From the NCBI GenBank assembly GCA_016218665.1, contig JACRDI010000036.1:183414-247413 (forward strand): a stretch of DNA of 64,000 nucleotides, in the 5' to 3' direction. Shown in pieces: positions 20,151 through 29,380 of this stretch (positions within the stretch are counted from its first letter, which is position 1; each line of letters starts with the position of its first letter). The notes beneath the pieces are model-generated. The model was not told the DNA's origin. It did not search any database and saw only the letters and a list, made by a program, of their open reading frames with translations. The position numbers and the translations under genes were made by a program. Origin of the DNA: Desulfovibrio sp. (GTDB lineage Bacteria; Desulfobacterota; Desulfovibrionia; Desulfovibrionales; Desulfovibrionaceae).

Positions 20151-21656
20151 TTACAGTTGGCGCAGGCGGAAGCGCTGCACCTTGCCCGTGGAGGTCCTGG
20201 GCAATTCGTCCACGAAAAGCACGCGCACCGGGCACTGCTGGGGCTCCAGGCGCTCCCGGGCGAAACGCAGAAGCTCCGCAGCGAGCCGCGTTCCGGGCTC
20301 CGCGCCCGCCGCGGGCACCACATGGGCGCAGGGCCGCACGAGGCCGTCGACCAGCATGGCGGCCACGGCGCACTCCAGCACGGCCGGGTGCTCCCGCAGG
20401 GCCTCCTCCACCTGCACGGGGGACACGAAATGCGCGCCCACCTTCAGCATGTCGTCGCTGCGGCCGCGATGAAAATAGAAGCCGCTCTCGCGCACGTACA
20501 TGTCCCCGGTCCTGAGCCAGCCGCCGGGCAGCATGGACTCCGCCGTCTTGTCCGGCCGGTTCCAGTAGGCCGGGCAGGTGCCGGCCCCGCGCGCGCGCAG
20601 GTCGCCGGGAACGCCGTCGGGCACGTCGGCTCCGGCTTCGTCCACAAGGCGCGCCTCCCAGCCGGGCACGAGCTGCCCGCTGGAGCCGCAGCGCACCTGG
20701 CTAGGCCGGTTGGAAAGGAACAGGTTGAAGGCCTCGGTGGAGCCCATGCTGTCCAGAAGCTCCACGCCGGTCTGCAGGGCCCACTGGCGGCACAGGCCCT
20801 CGGGCAGGGCTTCCCCGGCGGAGAGGCACAGGCGCAGGGAGGACAGGTCGTCGCCCTGGGCGGGGCAGTAGGAACGCAGCAGCATGGCGTAGAGCGTGGG
20901 CACGCAGAAGAAGAGCGTGGGCCGGTACCGGGTGATGGCCGCGAACAGCTCGGCCGGGCCGGGCTTTCCCGGCAGCAGCGCGGCCGTGGCCCCGACGGAG
21001 AGCGGCAGGCCCACGCTGCTTATGAGGCCGTAGGCGAAGGACATCTTGCTGGCGGAAAAGAACACGTCCCGCTCGCGGATGCCCAGCACCCCGCCGCCCC
21101 AGCCGCGCGCGGGCTCCAGCAGGTCCGCCTGGGCGTGGGGCACGCCCTTGGGCCTGCCCGTGGAGCCGGAGCTGTAGAGCATGAAGCCCGGAGCGTCCGG
21201 GCTGGGGGGCGCGGCAGCGAACCCGCCGGAGAAGTCCCCCAGGCCCCAGGGGCCGCCCAGGGAGCACGGCAGCACGCAGGCCAGGCCGGAGACGTCGCGC
21301 GCGGCCTGCATGGCCGGGCTGTCCTCCGGGGCGATGAGGGCGCTGGCCCCGCTGTCCATCAGGATGAAGGCCACGTCCTCCCGCGGGAGGGCTGCGTGGA
21401 CGGGCACGGGGCAGGCCGAGAGGAGCATGGCGCCGAGGAAGGCCTTCACCGAGCCGAAGCTGTCCGGCAGGGCCAGAACCACCCGGTCGCCGGGGCCCAC
21501 GCCGCGGGCGCGCAGCAGGTTGGCGAAGCGCGCGGCCTCCACGGCCAGGGCCTGGTGGGTCAGAACGTCCTCTCCGCAGAGGTAGGCGGCCTTCTGGGGG
21601 TGCGCCTCCCTGTTCTGGTGCAGAAGCTCCGCGGCGGTGTTGGCGTGTACGGTCAT
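20151..21656 (-). CDS. Benzoate-CoA-ligase-family AMP-forming ligase
   Basis: YSSGSTGRPKG, FAYGL, GSTE, LRTGD, GRSDDMLKV, PRTSTGKVQRF. Confidence 0.88.
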   Translation of the reverse strand: MTVHANTAAELLHQNREAHPQKAAYLCGEDVLTHQALAVEAARFANLLRARGVGPGDRVVLALPDSFGSVKAFLGAMLLSACPVPVHAALPREDVAFILMDSGASALIAPEDSPAMQAARDVSGLACVLPCSLGGPWGLGDFSGGFAAAPPSPDAPGFMLYSSGSTGRPKGVPHAQADLLEPARGWGGGVLGIRERDVFFSASKMSFAYGLISSVGLPLSVGATAALLPGKPGPAELFAAITRYRPTLFFCVPTLYAMLLRSYCPAQGDDLSSLRLCLSAGEALPEGLCRQWALQTGVELLDSMGSTEAFNLFLSNRPSQVRCGSSGQLVPGWEARLVDEAGADVPDGVPGDLRARGAGTCPAYWNRPDKTAESMLPGGWLRTGDMYVRESGFYFHRGRSDDMLKVGAHFVSPVQVEEALREHPAVLECAVAAMLVDGLVRPCAHVVPAAGAEPGTRLAAELLRFARERLEPQQCPVRVLFVDELPRTSTGKVQRFRLRQL

Positions 21657-21847
21657 GCCCCCGTCCTTGGTTTGTGCGCCGCGCGGGCTGCGCCGGGCTG
21701 GGCGCAACCCCCGGCAATCACAAGGCTAGCAGAAGGGGCTTGAGGCGGTCAACGGTGTGCCGGCCGCGCCCCGGAGATGCAGGCGGACGACACAGGCGGG
21801 CGGCGCAGAGACTGGACACGGAACAGGCTTCGCGATACGGGAAAAGC

Positions 21848-22930
21848 ATGAGCAAAGGCTTGACCTTACTGCGCCCCTGTGACGCGCTCCGCCGGCGCAG
21901 GCCCTGCCCGCGGCGGGCCTTTCTGGGCGCGCTGCTGCTGGCCTGGGCGGCAATTTTCTGCGCGTCCAGCCCGGCGGCCGCCGGGGCCAAGCGCGCCGCC
22001 CTGGTGCTGCAGTGGCAGCCCCAGGCCCAGTTCGCCGGGTTCTACGTGGCCCAGGCCAAGGGCTTCTACCGCGAGGCCGGGGTGGACCTGGAGATCATCC
22101 CCGGCGGGCAGGACGTCGTGGCCTCGCGCCTGCTGGCCCAGGGCCGGGCGCAGTTCGCCACCATGTTCCTGGCCACGGGCATAGAGCGCCGGGCCGGAAG
22201 CAAGGGCCCCCAGGCCGTGGTGCACCTGGCCCAGCTGGTGCAGCGCTCCGCCCTCATGCTCGTCACCCGCGCCGACTCCGGCATCAAGGAGCCCAGGGAC
22301 CTGGACGGCAAAACCGTGAGCCTGTGGGACAACGAGTTCCGCCTGCAGCCCCGCGCGCTCTTCCAGCGCCTGGGCATCCACCCGCGCATCCTGCCCCAGT
22401 CCAGCACCCTGGGGCTGTTCCTGCGCGGCGGCGCGGACGCGGCCTCGGCCATGTGGTACAACGAGTACCACACCCTGCTCGTCTCCGGCCTGGACGCCGG
22501 CGACCTGCGCATCTTCTTCTACCGCGACCTGGACCTGAACTTCCCCGAGGACGGCATCTACACCCTGGAGAAGACCCTGCGCGCCGACCCCGAGCTCTGC
22601 CGGGCCGTGGTTTCCGCCAGCCTGCGCGGCTGGCGCTACGCCTTCGAGCACCCGGAGGAGGCCCTGGACATCGTGCTGGGGCGCATGCGCGAGGCCCACG
22701 TGCCCGTGAGCCGCGTGCACCAGCGCTTCATGCTGGCGCGCATGAAGGACATCATGCTGCCCGCAGAAAAGGGCGACACCCCCCTGGGCGAGCTGAAGCA
22801 GGCGGACTACGACCGCGTTGCCAAGGCCCTCACCGGCCTGGGCCTTTTGAAGCAGGCGCCGGCCTTCGGCGAGTTCTCCCGCGGGGGCCAGTTCCTGGCC
22901 GGGCCGGACGCGGGCGGAGTCGCCCAGTGA
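21848..22930 (+). CDS. Periplasmic solute-binding protein, NMT1/THI5 (SsuA-like) family
   Basis: LQWQPQAQFAGFYVAQAKGFYREAGVDLEI; signal-like N-terminus; no ABC permease adjacent. Confidence 0.85.
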   Translation: MSKGLTLLRPCDALRRRRPCPRRAFLGALLLAWAAIFCASSPAAAGAKRAALVLQWQPQAQFAGFYVAQAKGFYREAGVDLEIIPGGQDVVASRLLAQGRAQFATMFLATGIERRAGSKGPQAVVHLAQLVQRSALMLVTRADSGIKEPRDLDGKTVSLWDNEFRLQPRALFQRLGIHPRILPQSSTLGLFLRGGADAASAMWYNEYHTLLVSGLDAGDLRIFFYRDLDLNFPEDGIYTLEKTLRADPELCRAVVSASLRGWRYAFEHPEEALDIVLGRMREAHVPVSRVHQRFMLARMKDIMLPAEKGDTPLGELKQADYDRVAKALTGLGLLKQAPAFGEFSRGGQFLAGPDAGGVAQ

Positions 22931-24930
22931 GCGCCGTCAAGCGCGGCCTCGCCTTCCGGCTTTCGGCCCTGGTGCTCACCGGGGCGGGGGTCGTGCTCGC
23001 GGCCATCGTGGTCACCACCTATTTCCTCGCGCGGGAGGCGCTGCTGGAGCACGCCGAGGCCAACGCCCGCAACAAGGCCCAGGCGCTCGTCAACCGCATC
23101 GAGTCCGTGCTGGCGCCCATTCCCCGCGTGGCCCAGGGCCTGGCCTACGACCTGGAGGACCAGGGCCTGTCCGAGGAGTCCATCTTCAAACGGCAGCGCC
23201 GCTTCCTGTCCGACAACGACTCCCTCTACGGCACTGCCGTGGCCTACGAGCCCGGCGGCCGCATCGCGGGGCGCACCTACTACGCGCCCTACACGTTCCG
23301 CACGCCGCTGGGCCCCAAGGCCACCTTCCTCGGCGGGGAGAACTACCGCTACCACGCCATGGACTGGTACCAGATCCCCCGCGAGCTGGACCGCATCGAA
23401 TGGAGCGAGCCCTACTACGACGAGGGCGGCGGCAACTCCCTCATGTCCACCTGCTCCATCCCCTTCCACAAGGTGGAGAACGGCCGCCGCGTGGTGGCCG
23501 GCGTGGTCACGGCGGACGTCTCCCTCGAATGGCTGAAGCGCCTGGTGGCCGGCACCTCCGTGCTCGAAACGGGCTACGCCTATCTCATCACCAAGAGCGG
23601 CACCTACGTGACCCACCCCTCGCCGGGCGTGGCCTTCCACGAGAGCATCTTCAGCCGGGCCGAGGAACGCGGCGACGAAAACCTCCGCAGCATCGGCAAG
23701 GACATGATCCGCGGGGGCTCGCGCTTCGTCACCGTCACCAGCCTGCACACGGGCAAGCCGGGCTTCCTGGTCTACGCGCCCCTGCCCAGCACGGGCTGGT
23801 CCCTGGGGGTCTTCTACCCGCGCGACGAGCTCCTCGCCTCGGTGAACCGGCTGGCGTTCATCACCGCCGGGCTGGGCGGCGGGGGCTTCGTGCTGCTGGC
23901 CCTGCTCATCGTGGTCATCTCCCGGAGCATCACCCGCCCGCTCACCCGCCTCACCGCCGCCGCGCGGGAGGTGGCCGGCGGCAGGCTGGACGCCGAGCTG
24001 CCCACCCCGGCCGCGCGCGACGAGGTGCGCGAACTGGCCGAGAGCTTCGGCCACATGCAGACCTCCTTGCGCGACTACATCCGCGACCTGACCCAGGCCA
24101 CGGCCAGCCGCGAACGCATGGAGAGCGAGCTGCGCATCGCCCACGACATCCAGATGGGCATCCTGCCCAAGATCTTCCCGCCCTTCCCGGACCGCAGCGA
24201 GATCGACCTCTACGCCAGCCTGACCCCCGCGCGCGAGGTGGGCGGCGACTTCTACGACTTCTTCCCCTGCGGGGACGACCAGTTCTGCTTCCTTGTGGGC
24301 GACGTGTCGGGCAAGGGCGTTCCCGCGGCCTTCTACATGGCCGTGGCCAAAACCCTCATCAAGGCCGTGGCCGAGAGCACCAGCTACGGCGCCCAGCGCC
24401 AGGGAGACATCCCCGGAGCACCGCCCTCCCGCCGCTGCACCGACCCCGGCCGCATCCTGACCCGCGCCAACAACGACCTGGCCCAGGACAACGACTCCTG
24501 CATGTTCGTCACCATCTTCTGCGCCGTGCTGGACATGAAGACCGGCGAGCTGCGCTACGCCTCCGCCGGGCACAACCCGCCGGTGCTGCTGCGCGCGGGC
24601 GGAACGGCGCAGTACCTGCCCACCCGGCAGGAGCCCGTGGCCGGCGCCATGGAGGGCGTGACCTACACCACCGACACCCTGACGCTAGCCCCCGGCGACG
24701 GCATGCTGCTCTACACCGACGGCGTGACCGAGGCCATGAACCCGGCCCAGGAGCTCTACGGCGAGCCGCGCCTGCTGGCCCGCGCGGAGCGGTTCGGCGA
24801 AACGGAGGCGCGCGAGCGCTGCGAAAGCATAGCGGCCGAGGTGCACGCCTTCGCCGCCGGGGCGGAGCAGTCCGACGACATCACCCTGCTCTCCCTCATC
24901 TACTGCGGACCAGAAGACGACGCCAATTAG
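22927..24930 (+). CDS. Membrane Cache-HAMP-SpoIIE (PP2C) phosphatase, RsbU-like
   Basis: TM-dCache (WY..P..WSEPYYD)-TM-HAMP; VGGDFYD, GDVSGKG, AGHNPP, YTDGVTEA, SDDIT. Confidence 0.9.
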   Translation: MSAVKRGLAFRLSALVLTGAGVVLAAIVVTTYFLAREALLEHAEANARNKAQALVNRIESVLAPIPRVAQGLAYDLEDQGLSEESIFKRQRRFLSDNDSLYGTAVAYEPGGRIAGRTYYAPYTFRTPLGPKATFLGGENYRYHAMDWYQIPRELDRIEWSEPYYDEGGGNSLMSTCSIPFHKVENGRRVVAGVVTADVSLEWLKRLVAGTSVLETGYAYLITKSGTYVTHPSPGVAFHESIFSRAEERGDENLRSIGKDMIRGGSRFVTVTSLHTGKPGFLVYAPLPSTGWSLGVFYPRDELLASVNRLAFITAGLGGGGFVLLALLIVVISRSITRPLTRLTAAAREVAGGRLDAELPTPAARDEVRELAESFGHMQTSLRDYIRDLTQATASRERMESELRIAHDIQMGILPKIFPPFPDRSEIDLYASLTPAREVGGDFYDFFPCGDDQFCFLVGDVSGKGVPAAFYMAVAKTLIKAVAESTSYGAQRQGDIPGAPPSRRCTDPGRILTRANNDLAQDNDSCMFVTIFCAVLDMKTGELRYASAGHNPPVLLRAGGTAQYLPTRQEPVAGAMEGVTYTTDTLTLAPGDGMLLYTDGVTEAMNPAQELYGEPRLLARAERFGETEARERCESIAAEVHAFAAGAEQSDDITLLSLIYCGPEDDAN

Positions 24931-24975
24931 GGAAAATACACGGGGCAAAACACGCCCGCACAAGACGGAGGACAC

Positions 24976-25308
24976 ATGGAATTCACCGAGACCAAGGAAG
25001 GCGCCTTCCTCGTGCTGGCGGTTGCCGGCCGCATGGACACCCTCACCGCGCCGGAGTTCGAAACCCGCTGCGCCGCCTGCCTGGAAGCCGGCAACAAGCG
25101 CCTGGTGGTGGACCTGGCCGGGCTTGAGTACATCAGCTCCGCCGGCCTGCGCAGCATCCTCTCCGCCGCCAAGAAGCTCAAGGCCGCCGGGGGCGACATG
25201 GCCTTCTGCGCGCTCACCGGCATCGTGGCCGAGGTCTTCGCCGTGTCCGGCTTCAACAAGCTTCTGCCCGTGCTGCCCACGCGGGAGCAGGCCCTGGCCC
25301 GCGCGTAA
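24976..25308 (+). CDS. STAS-domain anti-anti-sigma factor (RsbV-like)
   Basis: GRMD, LEYISSAGLR (phosphoacceptor Ser), VFAVSGF. Confidence 0.92.
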   Translation: MEFTETKEGAFLVLAVAGRMDTLTAPEFETRCAACLEAGNKRLVVDLAGLEYISSAGLRSILSAAKKLKAAGGDMAFCALTGIVAEVFAVSGFNKLLPVLPTREQALARA

Positions 25309-25317
25309 GGCTAGCCC

Positions 25318-25794
25318 ATGGCCGCCCTGCGCCTGCCCGCATGCGAGGAAAGCCTCGCCGCCTTCCGCCAGTTCGCCCTTGCGGAAGGCGCGCGCGCGGG
25401 CCTGGCCCAGGACACCCTCAATCGCGTGGAGCTGGTGCTTGAGGAAGCGCTGGTGAACGTCATCCGCCACGCGTACGCCGCCGCCCCTGCGGGCTGCGAA
25501 CGCCAAGTGGAGCTCTCCTGCGGGGCGGACGCCGACGGCGTGTTCCGCCTGTCCCTCACCGACTGGGGCCCGCCCTTCGATCCCGTGGGCGGGGCCTTCG
25601 CCCGGCCGGACGACGGCTCGCCCGAGGCCGAGCTGGAAGTGGAGCTTGAGGCCAACCTGGAGGCCGACCTGGACCACCGCGAACCCGGCGGCATGGGGCT
25701 GTTCCTCATCCGCACCATGAGCCAGCCCGCATACGCCCGGAAGGACGGAGCCAACGTGCTCACCCTGCGCTTTCCGCCCCAGGCGGACGCCTAG
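25318..25794 (+). CDS. Anti-sigma Ser/Thr kinase (RsbW-like)
   Basis: LEEALVNVIRHAY, DWGPPFDP, GGMGLFLIR. Confidence 0.9.
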   Translation: MAALRLPACEESLAAFRQFALAEGARAGLAQDTLNRVELVLEEALVNVIRHAYAAAPAGCERQVELSCGADADGVFRLSLTDWGPPFDPVGGAFARPDDGSPEAELEVELEANLEADLDHREPGGMGLFLIRTMSQPAYARKDGANVLTLRFPPQADA

Positions 25795-26186
25795 CCGTTC
25801 GCCCCTTCGCGCCTGCGCCCCCTGCCTTCATTCGCATTCCTGCCGCAACGGCGTTCCCGCTTCGGCATTTCTTGTGCGCGCGGCGCATTGCACGTTGCCC
25901 GCAATGAGTTTCCCCTGCTGCCGCAACTCCGCCAGGTTCCACCGTCCACGGCTGCCCCCAGGGAACACGGCATGCGCCAGATCGTCATGAAAAAGGGCCG
26001 CACCGTCAGGCCGTTGGATGAGAACCGGCAGGCAGGGGCAGCCGCGGCCGTTTGACGCGCGCCGTGGAAGCACGGCCCGGCGCGGGGCGTTTCCCGCGCC
26101 TTGAGCTTCCGCACGCTTTGGCCTACAGTGGCGGGCAGCCACCCGCACCGTCACCCATCCCCCTGCCCAGTGGAGACACACCGTTC

Positions 26187-26840
26187 ATGAAGGACATCGC
26201 CAAGTTTCTCTCCGGCTTCAAGATCTTCCAGCGCACCTATTTCTGCGGCGACAACGAGCTCTTCAGCGACCTGAAGGAGGCCCAGAACCCCAAGGCGCTG
26301 GTCATCGCCTGCTCCGATTCCCGCGTGGACCCGGCCCTGCTGACCGGCAGCGAGCCCGGCGACATGTTCGTGGTGCGCAACGTGGCCAACCTGGTGCCCC
26401 CCTACGAGAACTCCCCCGGCCGCCACGGCGTCAGCGCCGCGCTGGAATACGCGGTGAAGGTGCTGGGGGTGGAGCACGTCATCGTGCTCGGCCACTCCTG
26501 CTGCGGCGGCATCCAGGCCCTCATGGCCCCGGACCGCGAAGGCCTGGGCGAGTTCATCGCGCCCTGGGTCAAGATCGCCGAGCCGGCCCTGCACGAGGTT
26601 TCCACCAAGCTGGAAGGCAAGGACGAGACCGTGCGCCAGCGCGCCTGCGAGCAGGCTTCCGTGCTGGTTTCCCTGGAGAACCTGCTGACCTTCCCCTGGC
26701 TGTGGGAGCGGGTGATGCAGGGCAGCGTGTACCTGCACGGCTGGTACTTCGACATGCAGCGGGGCGAGCTCTTGAGCTACCTGCCCGAGACCGGCACCTT
26801 CGAGCCCCTGGTGGCGCGCTGCACCATGTCCAACAAATAG
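26187..26840 (+). CDS. can: Beta-class carbonic anhydrase
   Basis: ACSDSRV, RNVANLVP, GHSCCGGI. Confidence 0.93.
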   Translation: MKDIAKFLSGFKIFQRTYFCGDNELFSDLKEAQNPKALVIACSDSRVDPALLTGSEPGDMFVVRNVANLVPPYENSPGRHGVSAALEYAVKVLGVEHVIVLGHSCCGGIQALMAPDREGLGEFIAPWVKIAEPALHEVSTKLEGKDETVRQRACEQASVLVSLENLLTFPWLWERVMQGSVYLHGWYFDMQRGELLSYLPETGTFEPLVARCTMSNK

Positions 26841-26857
26841 CCGGGCAGCAGCCTTGC

Positions 26858-26890
26858 CGGGCAAGCCAGCGGGCAAGCCAGCGGGCAAGC
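26858..26890 (+). repeat. Short tandem repeat CGGGCAAGCCAG, about 2.8 copies
   Basis: Directly visible between two convergent genes. Confidence 0.7.
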
Positions 26891-26969
26891 AGGCCCAGAG
26901 GCAGACCGAAGCAAAAAGAGAGGCCGTCCGCAGCGCTGCGGGCGGCCTCTCATCGTTTTTTCTTGCCCC

Positions 26970-27872
26970 CTACAGGCCGGAGAGCTTCTTGAGGGCCAGG
27001 AACAGGGCCTGGGTGCCGTCCTTGCCGTGCCCGGCCTTGGCGGCCTCGGCGTACAGGCTCTCCACCAGGGCCAGGCCCGGCAGCGTGATGCCCATGCGCT
27101 TGGACTCCTCCAGGGCGATGCCCATGTCCTTCACGAAGTGCTCGATCATGAAGCCGGGCGCGAAGTCTCCCTTCAGGATGCGCGGGGCCAGGTTCTCCAG
27201 GCTCCAGCACCCGGCCGCGCCCTTGGAGATGGCCGCCAGCACGCCCTGGGGGTCCAGGCCGGCCCTGGTGGCGTAGAGCAGGCTCTCGCACATGCCGATC
27301 ATGCTGCCGGCGATGACGATCTGGTTGCACATCTTGGTGTGCTGGCCCGCGCCCGCCGGACCCTGGTGCAGAATGATGCGGCCCATGCGCTCGAACAGCG
27401 GCTTCACCGCCGCGAACACGCCGGCCTCGCCGCCCACCATGATGGACAGGGCGGCGTTTTTCGCGCCCACGTCGCCACCGGAGACCGGGGCGTCGAGCGC
27501 GTGCGCTCCCTTGGCCGCGGCCGCCTGGAAGATCTCCACGGCCAGGCTGGGGCTGGTGGTGGTCATGTCCACGGCGATGGCCCCGGGCCTCAAGCCCGCC
27601 AGCACGCCGTCCTCCTCGAAGTACACGCGGCGCACGTCCGCCGGGTAGCCCACGATGGTGAACACCACATCGGAGGCCTCGGCCACGGCGCGGGGGCTGT
27701 CGGCCCAGGCCGCGCCCTTGTCCAGCAGGGGCCGGGCCTTGGCTTTGGTGCGGTTGAACACCGTGGCCGGGTGGCCCGCGGCCATGAGGTGGGCGCACAT
27801 GGAGACGCCCATGACGCCGGTGCCGATCCAGCCGATCCTGGCGCTCGGGGTGAGGGAAAGCGGTGCGGTCAT
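26970..27872 (-). CDS. NAD(P)-dependent beta-hydroxyacid dehydrogenase (GarR/MmsB family)
   Basis: GWIGTGVMG, DAPVSGG, KMCNQ, FAPGFMIEHFVKDM. Confidence 0.9.
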   Translation of the reverse strand: MTAPLSLTPSARIGWIGTGVMGVSMCAHLMAAGHPATVFNRTKAKARPLLDKGAAWADSPRAVAEASDVVFTIVGYPADVRRVYFEEDGVLAGLRPGAIAVDMTTTSPSLAVEIFQAAAAKGAHALDAPVSGGDVGAKNAALSIMVGGEAGVFAAVKPLFERMGRIILHQGPAGAGQHTKMCNQIVIAGSMIGMCESLLYATRAGLDPQGVLAAISKGAAGCWSLENLAPRILKGDFAPGFMIEHFVKDMGIALEESKRMGITLPGLALVESLYAEAAKAGHGKDGTQALFLALKKLSGL

Positions 27873-28120
27873 GGGGGCCTCCTTGGCGCTGGTGTGAAAA
27901 TGTTCCGTTGTGGCGCGATGGTAGCCGGGCCAGGGGCGAAGAGCAAGGGCCGGGGGGACGGGCCGAGGGGCTGGGCCGGGCAGGCCCCGGACGACGAATC
28001 CGTAGGCCGCAGGTTCATGCGCGGGGGGTCTTGCCCCCACCCGCCGCCAGGAGTATCCCTTTGGTCACAGCCCCTTGGCCGCCCAACACGCACACCCGCG
28101 CCCCGCGCAAAGGACACGCC

Positions 28121-29221
28121 ATGATCAGCACCACCCTGTTCCCCGGCAGATACGTGCAAGGCGCGGGGGCCCTCTCCCGCCTGGGGGCCGAGCTTGCCCG
28201 CCTGGGCGAGCAGACCGGCCAGCGCCACCTGGTCATCGCCGCGCCCAGCGCCGCGGAGCGCCTGCTGCCGCCCCTGCTGCCAAGCCTTGCGCAGGCGGGC
28301 GAGGTGCGCGTGGAGCGCTTCGGCCGCGAGTGCACGGACGAGGAGATCGACCGCCTGCTCGCCATCGCCAGGGATTTCCGGGCCGGAACCATCACCGCCA
28401 TGGGCGGCGGCAAGACCCTCGACGCCGCCAAGGCCGCGGCCACGCGGGCGCAGCTGCCCGTGGCGGTCGTGCCCACCATCGCCTCCACCGACGCCCCCTG
28501 CAGCTCCGTGTGCGTGGTCTACACCGGCGACGGCGTGTTCAAGCGCGTGGACCTCCTGCCGCGCAACCCCGACCTGGTGCTGGTGGACACGCAGGTCATC
28601 GCCCATGCCCCGCCGCGCTTTCTGGCCTCGGGCATGGGCGACGCCCTGGCCACCTGGTTCGAGGCCGAGTCCTGCCGGGTAAGCCGCGGGGCGAACATCG
28701 CTGGCGACGCGGGCTCCATGACCGCCCACGCCCTGGCCCGGCTGTGCTACGAGACCGTGCGCGACCATGGCCCGGCAGCCATGACCGCCTGCGGCGCGCA
28801 GGTGGTGACGCCCTCCCTTGAGCGCGTGGTGGAGGCCAACACCCTTTTGAGCGGCCTGGGCTTCGAGAGCGGCGGCCTGGGCGCGGCGCACTCCATCCAC
28901 AACGGCCTCACCGCGCTTTCCGGCACCCACGGCCTGTACCACGGCGAGAAGGTGGCCTTCGGCACCCTGGCCTCGCTCTTCCTCACCGGCAAGCCCCTGC
29001 CGCTGATCGACGAGGTGTACGCCCTGTGCGCGGGCCTAGGCCTGCCCACCACCTTCGCGGCCCTGGGCATCGCCGGGGTTTCGGACGCGGAGCTGCTGCT
29101 GGTGGGCGAGAAGTCCTGCGCCGAGGGCGAGAGCATCCACAACGAGCCGGCGGAAATCTCGCCCGCGCTGGTGGCCGCCGCCCTCAAGGCCGCGGACGCG
29201 GAGGGGCGGAGGAGGAAGTAG
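28121..29221 (+). CDS. gldA: Glycerol dehydrogenase
   Basis: FPGRYVQG, GGGKTLD, PTIASTDAPCS, AHSIHNGLT, HGEKVAFG. Confidence 0.93.
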   Translation: MISTTLFPGRYVQGAGALSRLGAELARLGEQTGQRHLVIAAPSAAERLLPPLLPSLAQAGEVRVERFGRECTDEEIDRLLAIARDFRAGTITAMGGGKTLDAAKAAATRAQLPVAVVPTIASTDAPCSSVCVVYTGDGVFKRVDLLPRNPDLVLVDTQVIAHAPPRFLASGMGDALATWFEAESCRVSRGANIAGDAGSMTAHALARLCYETVRDHGPAAMTACGAQVVTPSLERVVEANTLLSGLGFESGGLGAAHSIHNGLTALSGTHGLYHGEKVAFGTLASLFLTGKPLPLIDEVYALCAGLGLPTTFAALGIAGVSDAELLLVGEKSCAEGESIHNEPAEISPALVAAALKAADAEGRRRK

Positions 29222-29380
29222 GGACAACCGCACGGGCGTGTGCAGCCGCGGGAGGAGCAGCGCCCCCCGCTGGCGGGACATGCCTGCCGCAAAACCCGTT
29301 GGAGCTTGACCCGCCAGCACTCCCCCGGTGCCTCGGCGGTGCGCGAAGGCGCATGCGTTGCTGTACAATCCGGGGGAGAC

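Noticed and set aside
17229-21743. 1504-aa plus-strand ORF, and many other long overlapping ORFs (e.g. 1117-2901, 13955-16024, 38470-41148)
   Set aside because: Antisense or off-frame shadows of well-supported genes; typical of high-GC DNA and without recognisable motifs.
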